Shown here piece after piece: positions 9,745-18,800 of a stretch of 40,464 nucleotides of DNA (positions are counted from its first letter, which is position 1; every line of letters begins with the position of its first letter). The stretch spans positions 3,498,227 to 3,538,690 of the forward strand of contig NC_068981.1 in NCBI RefSeq assembly GCF_001194135.2, read 5' to 3'. The position numbers were made by a program, and so were the translations under genes. Source of the DNA: Octopus bimaculoides. Its lineage: Eukaryota. The notes below the pieces were generated by a model. The model was not told the origin of the DNA, did no database searches, and was given only the letters and a program-made list of their open reading frames with translations.

Positions 9745-11509
9745 CTACAGGAATGACAACAAGTCAAGGAAAATAGAGAACTACTCCTCCACCACCAGAG
9801 GATTAACACCACCCACACACCCACTTAACATTGAATAATTAATTACCAGCATTGAACTGAATACTGTAAAAACAATCAATACTCTAAACTGATTATAAAA
9901 CAAAACATGAGATACACACTCAGAGAAATGAGTTGTACAACAGCTTTGTGTACGAAAATAAAGACATGGCATGGGAGAAAAGAGTGAGAGAGAGAGAGAG
10001 AGCAAGAGGGAGGGAGGGAAAAGAGAGAGAGAAAGAGAGAGAGAGAGAAAGAGACATACACAGACATGATGTAGAAATTATGAAAGACAAAGGTTGTTTA
10101 GCATTCACGAAAGATTAAATAAATTTTAAGTCAGTCATTGTACAAAGCCATATCTAATTTCATGTACCTGTGTTTTTTTAGGAGTTTGAGTCATCATCAT
10201 CATTTTAACATCTATCTTTTTACATGCTTGTGTGAATCGGATGGAGTTTGTTGAGGCAGATTTTCAATGTCTGGATGCTCTTCCTGTTACCAACCCTCAC
10301 TCATTTCCAGACAAGGTAATTATTTGCCATGGGCCAGACAAGTATTCCATAGAAGACTACAAATAAACAACACCACTTGTATAACTGTGATGCTTGTTTA
10401 CAACCTTCACTTGATGGCAAGTCAAGGTTACACACACACACACATGAATGTGTGTGTAAAGATGGTTCTTTCAGTTTCTTACTTCTTTATTCCCCATAAG
10501 GGAGGGGGGGGGCAAACAAGGACAGACAAAGGGATTAAGTCGATTACATCGACCCCAGTGCATAACTGGTACTTAATTCATCGACCCCGAAAGGATGAAA
10601 AGCAAAGTCAACCTCTAACGTTTCTGCCAGCTCGCCGCCTTGCCAGTGTCTTAATATTTTTTTCTTTTCTACTCTCGGCACAAGGCCTGAAATTTGGGGG
10701 GAGGGAGGGGGCAGTCAATTAGATCAATCCCAGTGCACAACTGGTACTTAATTCATCGACCCCGAAAGGATGAAAGGCAAAGTTGACCTCGGCAGACAAA
10801 ATACCGCTAAGCATTTCGCCCAGCGTGCTAACGCTTCTGCCAGCTCACAGCCTTAATTTGAAAGCAATATTAAAATAATAATAGTCAGTCTTTTAATCTT
10901 ATGATAGAAATAGCCATTGTGTTGGTATTAAAATATTAACAGCTTGTTTGGTTCTCAATACTCTGAGATACGAGTGTCAAAAGCAACAATACACTCAGCC
11001 ATTATTAAAGTTTCTAGTAGTAATGATGCTTAAACTTCATTTACAGAAAGTTTTATCAAAATAATTAAGAATTCTCAGTAAATATCTTTGGAGAGGTTTT
11101 AATTAGATAAAACGATGATCCATTATTAAACAGGAATTAATTTTAATAATTTATGGTATTAATTAGTCAAGATTTCAATGGCAACAGTGTTCAAGTTATT
11201 ATCAGCAACAATGAAATATTTGCTATCATTCTTCATTGAAATTCCTTGTCTTTGGGAAAAAGAGAATTCATAATTTGATGACTTCAAACCAAAAATCCAA
11301 CAAAGGGAATATATTTATTCTGGTTTTAATTACAAAACGGGTGCAGGCATGGCTGCGTGATTAAGAAACTAATTTTGCAACCATATGGCTTTGGGGTCAG
11401 CTTCAATATGCACCACCCAGGACAAATGTTTCCAAGTATACACTTACTCCCAGCCGACCAAAGCTTTGTGAGTTAATTTGGTAGATGGAGACTAAAAAAA
11501 GCCTAGATG

Positions 11510-11690
11510 ATCAATTGATCTATCTGCTTGTCTGTCTGTCTATCTGTCTGCCTCTCTATCTATCTACCTATCTATCCATCTGCCTATCTATTTATCTATC
11601 TAGCTAGCTGCCTATCTATCTACCTGTCTGCCCATCTATCTATATATCTATCTACATATCTGTCTAACTATCTAGCTGTCTGTCTATGTA
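11510..11690. repeat. (TCTA)n/(TCTG)n tetranucleotide microsatellite
   Basis: Directly visible. Confidence 0.95.
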
Positions 11691-13257
11691 TCTCTCATGT
11701 GTGCACATAAGTGTTTGAGCCCCCTCCCTTACCTTGATATCACACATGAACATTCCTACCATACAAGTGGTGCCATTTGTTTGCAATCTACCATGAAAAC
11801 ATGTCCAGTCATTCAGCTATTTGTATTCAAAGGACTAAGGGAATTATTACCCTGCTTAGAAACAAGTGAGGATTGTTGGTGTCAGGAGAGACATCAGGCT
11901 GCAGAAAAATCTCTCTCAACAAATTTCTTCTGACCCATGCAAGCAAAGAAAAATGAATGCTAAAACAACGAGGATGATAACGAGGTGATTTACTCTTATC
12001 CAATTATAATTAAATTTAATTCCATCTCAACAACAAGTTTGGTGTATTGCCTGATTTAGGAGATAAGATTCACATGTAGCTGTCAGAGCTCACCGGAATT
12101 GGATGTCTGACAATAAATCTAGTGACAGTAATTGCTATTGTGAATACAAAAGAGCCGCATATCAAACAGAAATAATATTTTCAAGTCAACAGCTACTTAT
12201 GGACAAGTATATGTAACTAAATTCTATTGTCTCTGGTTGAAACATTTCAAAGTCCAGAGTTTGTAGTGGAAACATTTATAAACTATTTTAACCACGTGAA
12301 TACTGCCCTAAAGTTAAAAAACAAATGCTGGACAGAGAAATATGGCAGAAACAAAAAAAAAAAAAANNNNNNNNNNAAAAAAAAAAAAAAAGGTGGGGAG
12401 ACTGAAACTAGATGGTGGTAGAGATGGAATTTATGGCGCTACCAATGGTTTTAGAATTTTGTTAAAATGAGATAAAATGTGATTGGTGTAAATGAGAAAT
12501 GGGTATAAGACTTACTCGCAAGAATACTTGATGACAACATGGTTTTGATGTGAAACTACATTTTATTCTACTTCATTCTTGTATTTGCTTTGCAAGATAC
12601 TTGCCATAAATTCCTATGTTGAAATAAATCTTGTCCTGGGAGGGTCACTATGCCAATAATAATAATAGACACATGCACTGGTTCAATATCACTTCTTTAT
12701 TGTTAGCCAATTGGTTAAATATATAAACAACTAACTAATCAATCACTTGTTTAATGTGTTGACTAAACGATCAATAGGTTGGTTGTTAGTCAAAGTCTTT
12801 TCATTGCTATTCGCAACCTTTTAAGTGACTTCCCCTCTCTCTTTGAGGTCTGCTCTGAGTCTCAACAATAAAGAAGTGATACTGAATCAGTGCATGTGTT
12901 TATTATTATTAGCACAATGACCCTTTCATGGCACAAGATATGTTTTATACTCTGGCCGTCAAGTGGTTTTAACCTGAAATGATGCTTGGGAGTGTATCAT
13001 AAGTGCAGGCATGATCATGTGATTAAGAGGTTCATGTTGGTTTTGAGTCCAGGCCCATTCTGTGGCATGCCTTGGTTAAGTGTTTTCTACGACAGAGCTG
13101 ACTTATGTTGTGTGAGTGAATTTGATAATCAGAAACTGTAATAAACACATCATCATCGTGTAAAATCTGTTTTTCCATGCTAGCATTGGGTAGATGGGAT
13201 GCGTTGAGGTAGATTTTCTATGGCTGGATGCCCTTCCTGTCACCAACCCTCACCTGA

Positions 13258-13289
<32 letters not shown>

Positions 13290-13437
13290 AGTGGGTACAC
13301 GAAACACCAGCTTGCTAGAAAGGAGAGTCAAAGTTTTTAGCCAATCCACCAATCTCACTGTAACGGACCAACAGAAATCAGGCAAACGAGTAGAATTTAA
13401 CATACTATCTCAGCTAAAAAGCTGTAGAATGAGGTAA

Positions 13438-13510
13438 CAGATATACCTAGATCATAATTTCAAATTCTGGCTAGTGCCTTAACTTTCATCAGCAGGTCTT
13501 GCCATATCTA
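13438..13510 (-). ncRNA. Type I hammerhead ribozyme motif, minus strand
   Basis: Minus strand reads UAGAUAU-GGCAAG-ACCUG CUGAUGA AAGUU-AA-GGC-ACUA-GCC-AG-AAUUU GAAA UUAUGAU C | UAGGU AUAUCUG. Core CUGAUGA at 13492-13486, GAAA at 13461-13458, AUC cleavage triplet with predicted cut between 13450 and 13449. Stem I is 5 bp + 6-nt bulge + 7 bp; stem II is 5 bp + 3 bp; stem III AUUAUGAU is self-complementary with G-U pairs. Confidence 0.75.
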
Positions 13511-13646
13511 AAATGACAAATCCATCTCACCTCGTTTTGGAATTGTTTTGAACACACACACACACATATTCACCACCATTTTTTACAGCAGTTGTGCCAA
13601 TCCACCTCCAACAATAGAGAGCAGTCACCATATTCCCTTCTATATT

Positions 13647-13738
13647 GGCTAACTCTGATGAGCATAAAGTTATATAATCGGATTGTTACCTAACACTCCC
13701 TTGTATTCTTTATGCGAAACCAATTGGTAAGATCAGCC
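13647..13738 (+). ncRNA. Type I hammerhead ribozyme motif, plus strand, with a long stem II
   Basis: GGCUAACU CUGAUGA GCAUAAAG-[38 nt]-CUUUAUGC GAA ACCAAUUGGU A | AGAUCAGCC. Core at 13655-13661, perfect 8-bp stem II, GAAA at 13716-13719, palindromic stem III ACCAATTGGT, GUA triplet with predicted cut between 13729 and 13730. Stem I has 7 pairs, one A-C mismatch and one bulge. Confidence 0.85.
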
Positions 13739-14169
13739 GTGATGGATATTTAATACTATACATTTCGGATAGTATATATATATAAATACACACACACACA
13801 CACAAAATGGGCTTCTATCGGTTTCCATCTATCAGATCCACTGAGAAGGCTTTGGTTAACCTGAGGCTGTAGTAGAAAATATTTGCCCAAGGTGCTACAC
13901 AGTGGGAACTGAACCCAAATCCACATAGGTTGGGAAGCAAACTCCTTACCATGTAACCATGCCTGTACATGATGTCTTGTCTTATAAGTACACATATTAA
14001 ATGAACGCATGTGAATGCAGTCTACTTGAAATAACTAACACATAATTAATCTAGGTTAATCCTCTTTAATCTAGGCTAATTCTATTCCTACTGTCACTTT
14101 TAGACATTTTTGTTTTGTTTTTATCTCCTCATCACCATAATTATTATTATTATTATTATTATTATTATT

Positions 14170-14631
14170 GGTGGGGCTTGCTCTTATTCCAGGTAGAATT
14201 TGTGTGGGCAGCAGTTACTACCTGTAACATCAGGTATCCACAAGCTTTCAATAATCTTTCAAGTGCTTAGACCCCTCCTGATAATCTTTCCTGTCTCTAA
14301 GAGGCAAACTTTCTGGAGAAGCATTCTCCAGGGCATTCTATTCCAATCTCCTTCCACCATTTCTCTACATCATTACCAACAGTTCCTAACACACCAATTA
14401 CTGCAGGCACAACCTTTACAGTTTTACTCCAAATTCTTGCAATTTCAAATTTTAAGGGATTGTATTTTTTTTTTTTTTGTTTGCTTGATTTTAATCCTCT
14501 TTCTTTACAATCCTAGAATCAAATGGACATGATGGATCAATTAGTAAGCAGCTTCTCTTTTCCTTGTCTAGTATTGTTATACCTGGCCTATTATTTTCTA
14601 GCTTCTTATCTGCTTGAATAAGAAAATCTCA
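14170..14631 (-). mobile_element. R4/Dong-type non-LTR retrotransposon 3' end (decayed restriction-like endonuclease)
   Basis: Minus-strand translation *DFLIQADKKLENNRPGITILDKEKRSCLLIDPSCPFDSRIVKKED* /fs/ KYNPLKFEIARIWSKTVKVVPAVIGVLGTV.../fs/ LQKVCLLETGKIIRRGLST* (stop at 14259-14261). ~90-nt 3' UTR, then a (TAA)n tract at 14138-14169. Cut at its 5' side by a MITE. Confidence 0.85.
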
Positions 14632-14635
14632 TTAA

Positions 14636-14857
14636 CTCTTTCGACACCAAGCCGGCTGAAACCATCTCTGGCTCTGTAATACAAATGTCTTGTTTGCATA
14701 TGTTCTGAATTAAAATCTTCCACCAAACCTTAGTCACAATTTATGTTCTTAACACAAGCTTAATGATAACTAAGTTATTTCACTAAATTCTTTGTTATAT
14801 TTAAAATTAATTGAAAGAAACACAGAGCATCTCTACAGAAATATGGTAACAAAAGGG
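14636..14857 (+). mobile_element. piggyBac-type MITE family 1, solo copy
   Basis: TTAA (14632-14635) CTCTTTCG ... CAAAAGGG TTAA (14858-14861). Same body as 772-985. Confidence 0.9.
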
Positions 14858-15235
14858 TTAAAACATTATTATTCTCAAGGTGGCAAGCTAGCAAAATTGT
14901 TAGCATGCCAGGTGAATATCTTAGCAGTATTTCATCTGTCTTCATGTTCTGAGTTCAAATTCTGCCAAGGTTCACTTTACCTTTCATCCTTTCAGGCTTG
15001 ATAAAATAAGTACCAGTGAAATACTGGGGAACAATGTAATCAACTAGTCCCCTCCCCTAAAATTTTCATGCACGCACACACACTCTCTATGGGTTTCCTT
15101 TCAATTTCTGCCAACTAAATTTACTCCCGAAACTTTGGTCAGTCTGGTGCCACAATAAAAGACTCTTGTCCATGGTGCTGTGCAGTGGAAACGCTGTAGG
15201 CAAGAAGTTTGCTTTCACAAACTTCCTACCCGTAC

Positions 15236-15675
15236 AACCAAACTTACATCTATAGCTATCTACCATATCAACTATTTTTGTTCCGCCCACATATCAGCCT
15301 CAGCCAATCAAATCTATGATCCAGGGCACTCCAAGTATGACCACCTCATCTATTTTAGGAATATCAAGAACAGGCTACCATATTATATACTCGGACCCAT
15401 CTGTTGATAAGAAATCGCTCCAATACACCACGACGTCTGAAGCCTTTGCCCTTTTTAAACTTTATGTAAAACCTTTATTATTATTATTATTATTATTATT
15501 TTTATACTTTCTTAACTTCCATAACAGATCGCTAACCACTACATACATTTATTTTCTCTCCTTGTTTCTTTCTGTGGAAGAGCATAGGCTCGAAATGTTA
15601 AAGACTTTTTCAATTCCCGAGCGTTAAACTAATACATCTGTTTGTTGTCTACACCACCTGTCTTCGTCTTTTACC
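15236..15675 (+). mobile_element. Penelope-like element 3' remnant (possible GIY-YIG C-terminus plus hammerhead-bearing terminal region)
   Basis: Peptide GYHIIYSDPSVDKKSLQYTTTSEAFALFKLYVKP loosely resembles the 'I-L...L...EA..I...KP' end of PLE GIY-YIG domains. It is followed by a minimal hammerhead-like motif at 15567-15604, the arrangement known for PLEs. Confidence 0.5.
15567..15604 (+). ncRNA. Degenerate minimal (PLE-type) hammerhead motif
   Basis: UCUUU CUGUGGA A GAGC-AUAG-GCUC GAAA UGU U | AAAGA. 5-bp stem I, 4-bp stem II, extra A after A9, loopless stem III. A6>U in the core suggests inactivity. Confidence 0.55.
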
Positions 15676-16596
15676 ACATTATATAAGTTATATAACATGT
15701 TTAAAGACGCCAGGAATATTTGGCTGCTATTTCTAGCAGAAAGAACAGTCATGTACAGGCTTTCTCAACTGTGATAAAGGGAACCTACAGAGTAACCCAC
15801 AGAGAAGGCGGTGATGCCTTAGTAAAACAATGTAGAGAGCCTCGCTGTATGCAAGCTGTATGTGCAGTCAAACTGAAGACTCGCATTTTGTTAGGGTCTG
15901 TTAAAATAGAACAGATATTGATTTCTTTGTGTTGCATGCTTTCAGAATGCGTCTCATAAGATGCATGCAGCTGTGTGCGTGAGCAAACGAGCGCACGTGC
16001 ATGCTTGTAGTTCATGCAAATTTATATAGCAGCCTGTGTGTATTTATAGAAATGCATGCCTACATATGTGTGTGTGTGTATATATACATGTACACACACA
16101 CACAACTATGCAGAGGTGGGTGCATGTATATCTGTGCAAGAGTATGTGAATGAGCAAGCACTTAAATATATATATAATGCATGAGCATATATGTATGTAC
16201 CGATGTGCATATATATACAAATGTGTGTATGGATGGATAGACATGCGTCTGTCATATATATATATATATATACATACATACACACACATTTCATATACTT
16301 ACACACACACACGTGATATACAGGTACACAAACTATGTGTAATTATATTTTCTCCATAATCCTAGAGCCCCCCCCCCCATCACACCCACACTTGCCCATT
16401 CCACAATATTCCATGTTTTTTTTTCTTTTTTTCCTACGCTATATTCCTCTAATTTAATTTCTCGCCATTCTGTTAATAACATATTAGTTTACTGTCATCT
16501 TGGAACAGTCGGAATTGAATACAAGAGTTCGGAATATCTGCCACATCTAATGCGTCTAGTCTTGTGGTTGCGTTGTAGAATATTTACAGATGAGTG

Positions 16597-16610
16597 GTTT
16601 CCATGGTAAC
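16597..16610. promoter_or_regulatory. RFX X-box motif in a unique, CpG-retaining island (~16430-16800)
   Basis: GTTTCCATGGTAAC fits the X-box consensus GTHNYY-AT-RRNAAC. Nearby are CCAAT (~16635) and the inverted repeat CAGTTG-CAA-CAACTG (16653-16667). Confidence 0.45.
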
Positions 16611-17189
16611 AGTTTTGTACTCGATTCCTGCCTGCCAATACTAGGAATGCACCAGTTGCAACAACTGTCAACATGTTTTTCGGTCACACATTTTCTTGTG
16701 CAACGCGAAGGCACAATCGATGAAGACCAATAAAAAAAGACAAGACTAAAAGACTGGATTCTTTTTCATTCTGTGCTGCGTCTTCACAGACTTGTTTTAA
16801 TTGATCAAGTTTGTTTTTGTTTTTTTTTGGTTTTTACTGGGGTTTTATCATAATTATCATTATATTTTGCTTGGTAAATTGTAAAATATTGTAATATTTA
16901 TAGGTGTATAAATAAAAAGCAAAACAAGGGGAAAAAAATAGAACCTTAGCAAGTAAATTAATAAGAATGAGAAGAAATAAATGAATAAATAAAATGAAAC
17001 CATTTCCATTTGATGGAACTAACTATGCAGAATAATTTAAAAGAGAAAATTAAAATGTGCAAATGTTTCTTAAATCAAAGTGTTTCTACAGTTCTTCACA
17101 GAATTTAAAAGAACTTAATGGATTCTTTTATTGAGAAAAAATGCATGCATGAAAGAGAGGGGGGACGGAGGGAGAAGTGAGAGACTGAT

Positions 17190-17580
17190 AGATAATCAGG
17201 TAGACAGAGAGACACATAGAGAGATGGATGGAATGATAGAAAGATGGATAGAGAGATGGCTTGATATACAGATAAAAAGCAAGACAGATAAAGCTAGAAA
17301 ACTAGACAGAGATAGATAGACAGACAGATAGGTAGACGGATAGGTAGATAAATAGGAAGAGATAGACAGATAGGTAGAGATAGACAGATAGGTAGAGATA
17401 GACAGATAGGTAGATAGATGATAGACAGATAGATAGATAGATAGATAGATAGATAGGCAGGTGGATAGGTAGATAGGCAGGCAGATAGGTAGACGGATAG
17501 GAAGAGATAGACAGATAGGTAGAGATAGATAAATAGATAGATAGATAGATAGAAAGAAAGAAAGAAACAACTAGATAGAG
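17190..17580. repeat. (AGAT)n/(AGAC)n compound microsatellite
   Basis: Directly visible, with higher-order GATAGACAGATAGGTAGA units. Confidence 0.95.
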
Positions 17581-18099
17581 AAACAGATAAAAGAAAAAGA
17601 CAGAGAAGGAGGAATAGGGGATGGGAAATAAAGAAAATGCATGTAGTCATTCATTTAAATCTTTAATAATGTCACCAGTTGTAGGGACAGAAAGATTCAA
17701 TAATTTTGAATATAGAATAATATCTCTATAGAATTATGACAATGCTTTTCTGTGAGAACAGGAATCATACCATTCTTTGAGATTTATTCGTTTATATTTG
17801 TTAATAATAAAAGCAATTTTTGTTCTGTTGCTAAATACAAGAGGTGTTTGCAGGAAAAAGATCATCTCTCTCTTCTCTTTTCCTTTTTTTATCTCTTTGT
17901 TAATCTATATCTTGTCAATTCAATATTAAAACTATTTATCTCTTAATCCTCTTCTTAGTACCAACACTCAACAAAGGTCATCTGCTAACAAGTCCCGTTT
18001 GCTATTCTGGTTCAATTCCAAGTTACATCATTTCACACAACTCACCCCTACCTCATCCTTTTCTCTAATTGGGACAGTCGACACCCACTCCCTTGAGCC

Positions 18100-18800
18100 A
18101 AAGTATTCAGCTGAAGATCATAAGTTCGCTTCCTGGCAGCGTGTTCTGTCCTTGAGCAAGACACTTTATTTCACGTTGCTCCAATCTACACAGCGGACAA
18201 AAGTGAGTTGTACCTGTAATTCAAAGGGGGACAGCCATGTCACACTCTGTATCATGTTGAATTTCTCACAGAATATAGGCACAGGAGTGACTGTGTGGTA
18301 AGTAGCTTGCTTACCAACCACATGGTTCTCGGTTCAGTCCCACTGTGTGGCACCTTGGGCAAGTGTCTTCTACTATAGCCAAAGGGCCGACCAAAGCCTT
18401 GTGAGTGGATTTGGTAAATGGAAACTGAAAGAAGCCCGTCGTATATATGTATATATATATGTATATATATATATATATATATACGTATGTGTGTGTGTGT
18501 GTGTGTGTATATATGTTTGTCCCCCCCAAATCGCTTGACAACTGATGCTGGCAAAAGAGACCGATAGAATAAGTACTAGGCTTTCAAAGAATAAGTCTTG
18601 GGGTCGATTTGCATGACTAAAGGCGGTGCTCCAGCATGGCCGCAGTCAAATGACTGAAACAAGTAAAAGAGTAAAAGAGAATTATGTTATTGGTATGTGT
18701 GTCTGTGGAGGACTCAGCCACTTGCATGTTAATTTCAGGAGCAAGTTGTTCCATTGAATGGATCGACTGGAACCTTCGTCGTCAAAACCGATTGAGAGCC
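18100..18800 (+). mobile_element. SINE family C split by a nested SINE A insertion
   Basis: 18100-18277 and 18678-18800 together match the uninterrupted copy at 31830-32155 (TCCTTGAGCAAGACACTTTATTTCA ... GTGTCTGTGGAG.ACTCAGCCACTTGCA). Confidence 0.85.
18278..18677 (+). mobile_element. Full-length SINE family A with internal (TA)n(TG)n tract
   Basis: tRNA-like head with A/B boxes, CCTTGGGCAAGTGTCTT block (CORE-like, from memory), internal microsatellite, and a 3' GTAAAAGA repeat tail. Other full or near-full copies: 23693-24030, 24583-24990, 26938-27285. Confidence 0.9.
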
